This document shows positions 56,793 through 64,000 of a stretch of 64,000 bases of DNA, in pieces. How positions within the stretch are numbered: the first letter of the stretch is position 1; each line of letters begins with the position of its first letter. The notes under the pieces are model-generated. The model had not been told where the DNA came from. It saw nothing but the letters and a program-made list of their open reading frames with translations, and did no database searches. Source of the DNA: Vampirovibrionales bacterium (GTDB lineage: Bacteria > Cyanobacteriota > Vampirovibrionia > Vampirovibrionales > JAJTHC01); the NCBI GenBank assembly GCA_046341215.1, contig JBKDRU010000005.1, positions 79,233 to 143,232 on the forward strand. The letters are read 5' to 3'. A program made the position numbers and the translations under genes.

Positions 56793-59144
56793 CTAGTAGC
56801 GATCACGTCCGCCACCACGACCACCGCCGCCACCACGATAGCCACCGCCACCGCCACGACCGCCACGATCTGGACGCTCTTCACGTTCAGGACGCTCACT
56901 CAAGGTTTCAGGCACCACGAAAGGTGCTAAACCAAAGCTGGCACGCTCTTCATCGGTCACATCTTTCATGGAAAGATTGGTACGACCACGCTCATCAATC
57001 GCAGTCACACGAACCACGACTTCATCGCCAATGTTGACGGCATCTTCAATGATACCGACTCGGCAAGGGAATTGCGAAATGTGAATCATGCCATCTTTAC
57101 CAGGAGCGAGTTGAACAAAGGCGCCAATAGGGATGATGCTTTGCACCGTGCCTTTAATCAACATGCCTGCTTCAAACTTACGAGTCAAGTCTTCAATCTT
57201 CTTACGAGCCGCAGCCATCGCTACGCCGTCGTTTGTGGAGATATGCACCAAGCCTTCGTCGTTAATATCAATGGTTGCCCCTGTTTCTTCAATAATGGAG
57301 CGAATCATTTTACCACCCGGTCCAATAACGGTACCGATTTGATCTTGATCAATTTTGATGGTTTCAATGCGAGGGGCATAGGTCGACAATTCAGGACGAG
57401 CTTTCGGAAGGGCTTCTGCCATTTTTTGCAAAATATGCAAACGACCTTGACGGGCTTGCTCTAAGGCTTGACGCATAATGTCAATGGAAATCCCTTGGAT
57501 TTTAATGTCCATTTGAAGGGCGGTCACACCATCCGTATTACCCGTGACTTTAAAGTCCATGTCACCCAAGAAGTCTTCAAGACCTTGAATGTCGGATAAA
57601 ATAACGGATTTATCGCCTTCTTTAATCAGACCCATGGCAATACCACCGACGACTTTTTCAATCGGCACACCAGCATCCATTAAGGCAAGTGTCGCTCCAC
57701 AGGTGGAACCCATCGAGGTGGATCCGTTAGAAGCAACGACTTCACTGACCACACGCAAGGTGTAAGGGAACTCGGCTTGTTTAGGCAACGATGCGGCAAC
57801 CGCACGTTCAGCGAGGCAACCATGGCCAACTTCACGACGACCCGCCCCACGGTTAGGACGAACTTCACCCACACTGTAAGCAGGGAAATTGTAGTGGTGC
57901 ATCCAGCGTTTTTCGGTGTCAGGCTCAACGCCGTCTAAGCGTTGAAGATCACCTGGTGAACCGAGCGTGGCGATTGAAAGCACTTGAGTGCCTCCACGGG
58001 TAAATAAAGCAGACCCATGCACACGAGGCAAGACGCCAACATGACATTTAATGGGGCGAATTTCTTCAGAATTACGACCGTCGGCACGGATGCCTTCGTT
58101 AACGACCATGGCTCGCATGACTTTTTTCTCAAGCGATTTAAAGGATTCGCTGAAAACGGGCACATCTTGAGCTTTGATGAGGACGTTCAATTCGTGGTCT
58201 TCACCTAAGGCTTCGAGGGCTTTTTTAGCCTCTTCCTTAATCGCAGCGACCAAGTCTTTGCGTCCGTCACGGTCTTCATTGTGATAAGCGGCATTGACTT
58301 TATCGTAGTAATTCGACTTCAAGAACTCCAAAACAGGGCTGTTGTCAAATTCAGGCGTAAATTCTTTTACGACTGGCACACCACACAAGTGAGCAAAGGC
58401 TTCTTGAGCCGCCACTTGGTTTTTGATTTCTTTATGAGCGAAATCTAAGGCTTCAATGAGTTCGTCTTCGGTGACGAAATCGGCGCCTGCTTCCACCATC
58501 ATAATGGAATCTTTGGTACCAGCAACGACCAAGTCTAAAGGACTTTCAGCCATTTGCTTGTAAGTCGGGTTAGCGATTAACGCACCGTCGACTTTACCCA
58601 CACGAACCGCACCAATCGGTCCTTGGAAGGGGGCGTTTTTGCAAAGCGTCAAAGCGAAAGACGCTGCCAAAATAGCCAAGGCATCCATGGGGTTTTCAAG
58701 ATCGCTGGTCAAGCCGTTGACGACGATTTGCACATCGTTACGGAAGCCATCAGGGAAAAGAGGGCGAATGGGGCGATCAATCAAACGAGAGGTTAAAATC
58801 GCTTTTTCACTCGGGCGAGCTTCACGCTTGTTGTAGCCACCGGGAATGCGACCCACGGAATAAAGCTTTTCTTCGTAATCGATGAGCAATGGGAAGAAAT
58901 CGATCCCTGCACGAGGGGTTTCGGTCGCCGTGGCATTTGCCATAACGGTGGTTTCGCCACATTGTAGAATAATCGAACCGCCAGCCGCACGAGAAATACG
59001 TCCCGTTTCAACGTAAACGGTTTTACCGCCAATGTCGAACTGAGCCCGTTTCATATCGGGGTAAAACGCATCGAGCGTGGGGTTAGTAATACCAAATTCA
59101 CCCGATTGTTGGGGGTGGGTCAAGGTTTCTTGAGACATCATCAT
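56793..59144 (-). CDS. pnp: Polyribonucleotide nucleotidyltransferase (PNPase) with C-terminal RGG-rich tail
   Basis: Two RNase PH domains, a KH domain (GPGGKMIRSI) and an S1 domain are present. An extra ~60-aa Arg/Gly-rich tail follows (RPDRGGRGGGGGYRGGGGGRGGGRDRY). Confidence 0.95.
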   Translation of the reverse strand: MMMSQETLTHPQQSGEFGITNPTLDAFYPDMKRAQFDIGGKTVYVETGRISRAAGGSIILQCGETTVMANATATETPRAGIDFFPLLIDYEEKLYSVGRIPGGYNKREARPSEKAILTSRLIDRPIRPLFPDGFRNDVQIVVNGLTSDLENPMDALAILAASFALTLCKNAPFQGPIGAVRVGKVDGALIANPTYKQMAESPLDLVVAGTKDSIMMVEAGADFVTEDELIEALDFAHKEIKNQVAAQEAFAHLCGVPVVKEFTPEFDNSPVLEFLKSNYYDKVNAAYHNEDRDGRKDLVAAIKEEAKKALEALGEDHELNVLIKAQDVPVFSESFKSLEKKVMRAMVVNEGIRADGRNSEEIRPIKCHVGVLPRVHGSALFTRGGTQVLSIATLGSPGDLQRLDGVEPDTEKRWMHHYNFPAYSVGEVRPNRGAGRREVGHGCLAERAVAASLPKQAEFPYTLRVVSEVVASNGSTSMGSTCGATLALMDAGVPIEKVVGGIAMGLIKEGDKSVILSDIQGLEDFLGDMDFKVTGNTDGVTALQMDIKIQGISIDIMRQALEQARQGRLHILQKMAEALPKARPELSTYAPRIETIKIDQDQIGTVIGPGGKMIRSIIEETGATIDINDEGLVHISTNDGVAMAAARKKIEDLTRKFEAGMLIKGTVQSIIPIGAFVQLAPGKDGMIHISQFPCRVGIIEDAVNIGDEVVVRVTAIDERGRTNLSMKDVTDEERASFGLAPFVVPETLSERPEREERPDRGGRGGGGGYRGGGGGRGGGRDRY

Positions 59145-59269
59145 AAAATCAGAATCTACTTTCTTTACATCAGGGCTTGCGTCGCAAACCGTTTTTTATC
59201 AATCGCTTTTACACGTTGCCGATATTATACAACAGAAACATAAAGAAGTAAAACAGGGTGCTTTTCTGT

Positions 59270-60298
59270 TTATTCTGGTTCTATATTGATTACAAGCCAA
59301 TAGGCACCTGTGTAATTGACTATATAAACATCAAGACCCTGTCTCGAATGGAATTTTTTTTCATACGGAGGAAGCTGGTTGCAAAGAACAAATCGTCTAA
59401 GCTCCAATTTCTGCATATCGGGTTCTTTATTATTAACATCAAAAATACATTCATTAACAATGGTATTGTATCTATTTTTAACCATATTTAAAATAGTCGT
59501 AACTGAATTTGAATCTACTAGAGCAGGAAGTAAAGAGGACAATGCTTCAAAGTTATATGTTAAACGTTCTTGCGTTTCTTCATTTGTAAAGTCCTCCTCT
59601 GTTGTAGGGCTAAACAGTTCTATTTCAATTCTTGAGTCAGGATGAATTGCTACGCTATTGCTTTCTAACCAACGTCCATCTTCATTATCATTAAAGGCTT
59701 CACCAAAATGACAAATCCCATAATTTAGACTAGCATCTCCTTTGTACTTCATATTGGAACAGGTTAATTCAGGCCAAGCTAGAAGTAACTTTTTTTCAAT
59801 CGGTGAAATAGTTTCAAATCCGACAGTGTCTGTAGCTTCTACATAAGGGTCATTTTTATTCTCCGTGGCAGAAGTTTCTATATTTCTAGTTACTGAGGGT
59901 TCCTCTGCTTGAGTTTGTTCAGCACTTTGAAAAGGCAAGGATATCAATCCAAAAAAAATAAAGGAGCCAATAGCAACCCCTACTGAATTCCCCCATGTTG
60001 GGAGCAACATATTTTTTTCGTTTTCTTTTTTTTGAGCTTCTTCTAAACGCCCCTCTTTTTTCAAGCGTTCTACTTCCTTTTGAAGTGATTTGAACCTGAC
60101 CTCTCTCGATTCTACACAGGCAAAAGAAGCCAATAAAGCCGACACTCCCAATACCCAGTTCCCATTTATAAACCCTAAAACAGCTATAACCGCCCAAGCA
60201 ATCATCCCAATTTTACGAAACAAAGCCTCTTTTGTTGTTTCTTCTTCTACTCTATCGTTAGTTGAGGTATCGCTAGGAGTTGACGATTCGCTGGCCAT
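59270..60298 (-). CDS. Hypothetical membrane ORFan, AT-rich
   Basis: The likely start is MASESSTPSD; the ORF extends to 60361. There are two transmembrane segments. It is the most AT-rich gene in the window by eye. Confidence 0.4.
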   Translation of the reverse strand: MASESSTPSDTSTNDRVEEETTKEALFRKIGMIAWAVIAVLGFINGNWVLGVSALLASFACVESREVRFKSLQKEVERLKKEGRLEEAQKKENEKNMLLPTWGNSVGVAIGSFIFFGLISLPFQSAEQTQAEEPSVTRNIETSATENKNDPYVEATDTVGFETISPIEKKLLLAWPELTCSNMKYKGDASLNYGICHFGEAFNDNEDGRWLESNSVAIHPDSRIEIELFSPTTEEDFTNEETQERLTYNFEALSSLLPALVDSNSVTTILNMVKNRYNTIVNECIFDVNNKEPDMQKLELRRFVLCNQLPPYEKKFHSRQGLDVYIVNYTGAYWLVINIEPE

Positions 60299-60464
60299 GA
60301 TAAAACCCTTTAATTTAAAATGTGTTTTATAGAAAATAACACAAAATTCATCAATCTTCAATTTTCCCTAAGCAAGCATCCCCCTCCATTCCGCCGATGC
60401 CCTTAAAGCGTCCGTTGAAAAGCACCGAAAGAGTCTTAAACCCTAGACCGAAGGAGGCTCCCCT

Positions 60465-60926
60465 ATGATGACGCTACTAAACGCAATGACGATTTCGTCT
60501 TCAGGCATGACGGCTCACGCCCAACGTGCCCAAGTCCACGCCACGAACATGGCAAACTTAGGGACACCCGGCTATAAGCGTCAGATCCCTATTTTAAGCC
60601 AACAAGCCCAAGTGCCGTTTGCGAATTTAATGGGCAATGTGAAAGCCTCGGCGTCGGGCGTGCCAGCCAATACGTTGAACAATCTAGGCGAAGCAGGCGT
60701 TACGATGTCAGGCACGATAAGCGATCCCACCAAAGGGACGCAGCTCTATATGCCTTATCACCCCGCCGCCGATGCCAACGGTTATGTAGAAGCATCGACC
60801 GCTAACCCGTTGGTGGATATGGCAGATGCCTTAATGGCAAACCGCATGTTTGAAGCCAATTTATCAGTCTACGGCATTTTAAAAAGCATGGCTTCCCGAT
60901 CCATTGAACTGGGTTCAGGCAGATAG
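60465..60926 (+). CDS. flgC: Flagellar basal-body rod protein FlgC
   Basis: The N-terminal rod motif ISSSGMTAHAQRAQVHATNMANLGTPGYKR and the C-terminal rod domain (NRMFEANLSVY) are present in a 153-aa protein. Confidence 0.8.
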   Translation: MMTLLNAMTISSSGMTAHAQRAQVHATNMANLGTPGYKRQIPILSQQAQVPFANLMGNVKASASGVPANTLNNLGEAGVTMSGTISDPTKGTQLYMPYHPAADANGYVEASTANPLVDMADALMANRMFEANLSVYGILKSMASRSIELGSGR

Positions 60927-61018
60927 TTTTAATTTGCTTTAGGAAAAGACTTTCCCGAATTGCAATTATACTTTATACTATTAAATTGTATGATGGTTTT
61001 GCTGAAGGAGCTTTTTCA

Positions 61019-61690
61019 ATGGATTTCAAACTACTCACTTTTACCTTGCAACATGACTGGGCGGTCTTGTCCCCCATTATTGTGGCATCCCTCATTACAG
61101 GGGCGGTAGTGTTTAAACGTTTGAGCTTCTTTAAAAGCCAAGAACGTGAATTAGAATCTTTTGTTCAACGCTTGCAACGTGAACTCGCAAAACATAATTA
61201 TGATAACGCACTGGCTATTAGTGAACAGCTCGGCGGGATTTACGGTCGGGTTAGCCAAGAAGGCATCCAACTACTTCGCCAGCATGGTCGTGATGCCAAA
61301 TCGTTTGGTAGTGCCTTTGACATTACACTTGCTTTAGCCTTGCGACGTTTGGAACAGGGCTTGAATATTCTCGGCACCGTAGGCACGATTGCCCCATACT
61401 TAGGCTTGTTCGGTACCGTTGTTCGTATCTTGTTGACCTTTGGCGAAATGGCAAATTCGGCTCAAGGGCAAGCGTCTCAAGTGATGTTTGGTATTGGCTC
61501 TGCTTTAATTGCCACCGCGTTCGGTTTAGGTGTCGCGATTGTCGCTGTTGTGGCGAACAACTATTTCCGCTCCAAGGTCGAAAGCTTTGAAAATGATTTC
61601 CAATTGTTGAAGCTGGTCTTGCTTTCTTCGGTGGATGCTCCTCATACAACGTCTCAAGATCATCAGACGCAACACCCTGTTCATGCGTAA
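61019..61690 (+). CDS. MotA/TolQ/ExbB-family proton channel
   Basis: Three transmembrane helices and the family signature GTVGTIAPYLGLFGTVVRI are present. The ATG at 61019 follows a GAAGGAG ribosome-binding site. Confidence 0.8.
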   Translation: MDFKLLTFTLQHDWAVLSPIIVASLITGAVVFKRLSFFKSQERELESFVQRLQRELAKHNYDNALAISEQLGGIYGRVSQEGIQLLRQHGRDAKSFGSAFDITLALALRRLEQGLNILGTVGTIAPYLGLFGTVVRILLTFGEMANSAQGQASQVMFGIGSALIATAFGLGVAIVAVVANNYFRSKVESFENDFQLLKLVLLSSVDAPHTTSQDHQTQHPVHA

Positions 61691-61705
61691 AAGGAGCGAA
61701 ACCCT

Positions 61706-62167
61706 ATGGCGGCTCAGGTCAAACGTTTTGATGAAATTAATATTACGCCCTTAACCGATATCTTCTTGGTGCTGCTCATTATCATGATGGTGATTGCCCC
61801 TAGCATCGCTCAGAAAAATGAGGCGGTTGCATTGCCTTTGGTTGAAAATGGTAAAGCCATTAGCAAAAACCTCATTACAGTGGATGTGTCTGCCAAAGGG
61901 GACTACGACGTTCAAGGTGAATCGGTTCAAGCCAGTGAACTCGGTGCTAAAATTAAAGCCTTATTGCCGACGGTGACAGAACAAAAAGTGTTGTTGCGTG
62001 CTGATAAAGCCAGTTCTAACAAAGCGGTTTTAACCGTTATGAAAGCGGTTGCAGGTACAGGAGTAGAACGTATTGTTTTTGAAGGGGAAGCGGCTCCACC
62101 GAAAAAAGAAGCGTCCGAACAGCCGTCTATTTCTGAAGAAGGAGCATCCCTCAATGGCGAGTTCTAA
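61706..62167 (+). CDS. ExbD/TolR-family protein (copy 1)
   Basis: An N-terminal transmembrane segment (INITPLTDIFLVLLIIMMV) and a periplasmic ExbD-like domain are present. Confidence 0.75.
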   Translation: MAAQVKRFDEINITPLTDIFLVLLIIMMVIAPSIAQKNEAVALPLVENGKAISKNLITVDVSAKGDYDVQGESVQASELGAKIKALLPTVTEQKVLLRADKASSNKAVLTVMKAVAGTGVERIVFEGEAAPPKKEASEQPSISEEGASLNGEF

Positions 62168-62561
62168 AGGATTTAAGCGTTTTGATGAGATTAACATCAC
62201 GCCTCTCACCGATATTTTCTTAGTCCTGTTGATTATTATGATGGTTGTGGCACCCATGCTCAATAGTCAAGGCTTAAACATCAGCTTGCCTAGCTTGTCT
62301 GATTCGCTTCAAACCCCTGAAAAAGATCAAAAAGTCATTGAAGTGGATATTTTGTCGAATAATCAAATTAAGATCAACGATGAATTATTGCCATCGTCGG
62401 ATGATTTAACGCAACGTTTGTTGGCGTTAAAAACGGCGTTTCCTGATGGCGTGGTACTGAACTTGAGTCCGCTTGCGTTGCACGCGACCAGCATGAAGGT
62501 GTTGGATGCTGTTGAAGGGGCTAAAATAAGTGCTTTGTCTATTGTGGAATCTCCTCAATAG
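62154..62561 (+). CDS. ExbD/TolR-family protein (copy 2, tandem paralogue)
   Basis: Its N-terminal ~35 aa are nearly identical to copy 1 (FKRFDEINITPLTDIFLVLLIIMMVVAP). The ATG at 62154 follows GAAGGAG and overlaps copy 1 by 14 bp. Confidence 0.7.
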   Translation: MASSKGFKRFDEINITPLTDIFLVLLIIMMVVAPMLNSQGLNISLPSLSDSLQTPEKDQKVIEVDILSNNQIKINDELLPSSDDLTQRLLALKTAFPDGVVLNLSPLALHATSMKVLDAVEGAKISALSIVESPQ

Positions 62562-62618
62562 AAATAACAAAAAAAGTCTTGCATTCTAGGCTTGAGGATG
62601 TAATATAAATAAAGCTAA

Positions 62619-62694
62619 GGGCGTTTAGCTCAGTTGGTAGAGCGTCTGCTTTACACGCAGGTGGTCCACGGTTCGAGTCCGTGAGCGCCCACCA
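62619..62694 (+). tRNA. tRNA-Val (TAC)
   Basis: A 76-nt cloverleaf is present, GGGCGTTTAGCTCAGTTGGTAGAGC...GGTTCGAGTCCGTGAGCGCCCACCA. The anticodon loop is UUUACAC and CCA is encoded. A terminator hairpin follows at 62696-62726. Confidence 0.9.
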
Positions 62695-62695
62695 C

Positions 62696-62726
62696 AAAGG
62701 CTCCAGTCATGTGACTGGAGCCTTTG
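62696..62726. terminator. Intrinsic terminator after tRNA-Val, bidirectional with the convergent TRL gene
   Basis: AAAGGCTCCAGTCA-TG-TGACTGGAGCCTTT forms a perfect 14-bp stem, followed by GTGTTT. Confidence 0.75.
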
Positions 62727-62758
62727 TGTTTCAATATATACAGTCTATTAGAATAAGT

Positions 62759-63073
62759 TTATTGACCGTAAGCGTAGGTTTTCACTTTAGAGAAGCCCAA
62801 AATGTTCACAATTTCAGTGTCGTAGTGAGACAAGTTGTTGATTTTACCTTGTTTCGCAGCGGTTTGAATACTGCAATCGCCTAAAGCCACAATACCAAAG
62901 TAGCTTACACAAGATGCATGACCCACTTTAGGGGTTGTCACAGAACCCGAACCACCACCAGGGACGGTCGCATTGGTGTAGATGAATCCGTAAACGCCGT
63001 CTGCTGAAGACGTCAAGTTAATAGAACCCATTACGGCAAAGGCTAAAAGAGCCAACAAAGCTAATTTTTTCAT
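62759..63073 (-). CDS. TRL-like (tRNA-associated locus) small secreted protein
   Basis: A signal peptide (MKKLALLALLAFAVMG) is present. The pattern GVYGFIYTNATVPGG...CVSYFGIVALGDCSIQTAAKQGKI...ILGFSKVKTYAYGQ resembles the TRL family, and it sits next to a tRNA gene. Confidence 0.5.
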   Translation of the reverse strand: MKKLALLALLAFAVMGSINLTSSADGVYGFIYTNATVPGGGSGSVTTPKVGHASCVSYFGIVALGDCSIQTAAKQGKINNLSHYDTEIVNILGFSKVKTYAYGQ

Positions 63074-63504
63074 TCTAATTCTCCTTCAATAATCAAACAA
63101 TATATATACTAATCAAATAGATGATTAGTACACTTCTAGTATAGAAATATTTGACGAATAAGGCAAATAGAACTTTCTTAAAAAGAAAAACCCTCTAGGG
63201 CGAACCTAAGAGGGAGAGGACAATGTAGATGATAAATGTAAATCTAAGGAGCTAAGCACTTCAAGAAATGTTGAACTCGTTGATTCGATACTCTAGTTGT
63301 ACCTCAAAACAACTGAATTGGGAATACCCTAAACGCAGAGTTTAACCCTAGGGTGTAGAAATCCTAAATCTTTAGATGAAGGAAACCTTAAAAATAAGCG
63401 TTTTGTATCGATTTGTCTCGTCTGTTTAAATGAGTTCGTTCAATTTTCATGTGCATGATATAATGGACTTAATTAATTAGTTTGGACGCTGTAAAGGAAC
63501 AATC

Positions 63505-64000
63505 ATGCACATGACTTTAAATGAAGACACCACCCTTAATCCCTCTAATTCAACGGTTTTGCCTCCTGCAAGCACGCCGAGTTCGACAGCGTCTTCAGGC
63601 GATTATGGGGCGGATCAAATCCGTGTGCTTGAAGGACTTGAAGCCGTGCGTCTTCGTCCGGGTATGTACATCGGCACCACCAGCCAACGAGGCTTGCATC
63701 ACTTGGTCTATGAAGTGGTGGACAACTCCGTGGATGAAGCTTTAGCTGGCTATTGTACCGAAATCCATGTTACCGTGCATGACGATAGTTCTGTGACCGT
63801 ACAAGACAACGGTCGTGGGATTCCTGTGGCATTGAAGGAAGACGGCGTTTCGGCTCTGGAAGTCGTGCATACGGTGCTTCACGCAGGCGGAAAATTCGGA
63901 GACGGTGGCTATAAGGTTTCAGGCGGTTTGCACGGCGTAGGGGCTTCGGTGGTAAACGCCTTGTCTGAACGCATGATCGTGGAAGTCTGCCGAGACGGGC
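63505..64000 (+). CDS. gyrB: DNA gyrase subunit B (5' partial; continues beyond window)
   Basis: [45 protein letters not shown] and [15 protein letters not shown] mark the GHKL ATPase N-domain. The ATG is at 63505. Confidence 0.95.
   Translation, partial: MHMTLNEDTTLNPSNSTVLPPASTPSSTASSGDYGADQIRVLEGLEAVRLRPGMYIGTTSQRGLHHLVYEVVDNSVDEALAGYCTEIHVTVHDDSSVTVQDNGRGIPVALKEDGVSALEVVHTVLHAGGKFGDGGYKVSGGLHGVGASVVNALSERMIVEVCRDG

Noticed and set aside
59145-59269. Expected rpsO (S15) gene or S15-type autoregulatory leader upstream of pnp
   Set aside because: The 125-bp spacer is too short for rpsO and shows no obvious pseudoknot or hairpin. The upstream gene is an unrelated AT-rich ORFan.
63074-63504. 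Chromosomal origin (oriC) upstream of gyrB
   Set aside because: No dnaA or dnaN is adjacent and I could not find TTATCCACA/TGTGGATAA-type DnaA boxes by eye. Only a short CCCTCT...AGAGGG hairpin and AT-rich promoter-like sequence are present.

Overview
This 64 kb window is a chromosomal segment from a diderm (Gram-negative) bacterium. The diderm call rests on an LptF/LptG permease, ExbB/ExbD-type proteins, a lipobox lipoprotein and flagellar P-ring/rod genes. GC looks roughly 45-50% by eye and was not computed. I could not place the lineage confidently. Well-supported housekeeping genes are trxA, tRNA-Ser, selO/ydiU, yaiI, mfd, dapB, the tig-clpP-clpX cluster, tRNA-Gly, rsmH, a DedA protein, a 2x[4Fe-4S] ferredoxin, an Fe/Mn SOD, glgX, an SDR epimerase, crcB, glyA, a WecA/TagO-type transferase, pnp, tRNA-Val and the 5' end of gyrB. 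Motility and chemosensory genes are scattered as small units rather than one flagellar regulon: flgG-flgA, flgL beside a GT2-TPR glycosyltransferase, an HDOD-cheD pair, and flgC followed by an orphan ExbB-ExbD-ExbD cassette. Between these sit several lower-GC islands (by eye) encoding ORFans. They include a translationally coupled pair of large membrane-associated proteins (561 aa and 622 aa), an 878-aa protein with a Pro-rich partner, a kinase-like ORFan, a Zn-phospholipase-C-like protein, a HAD-like protein and a 189-aa protein next to a radical-SAM enzyme. Several of these have Ser/Thr/Asn-rich N-termini. Non-coding features are a 231-bp element with 28-bp terminal inverted repeats plus a truncated inverted second copy, a 6.3-unit 22-bp tandem-repeat array in a 616-bp divergent intergenic region, a near-consensus sigma70 promoter driving a Met/Asn/Gln-rich small protein, a RelE/ParE toxin-antitoxin pair, and several intrinsic terminators. 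All calls come from reading the sequence and the ORF track. No database searches were possible, so ORFan annotations are motif-based hypotheses.
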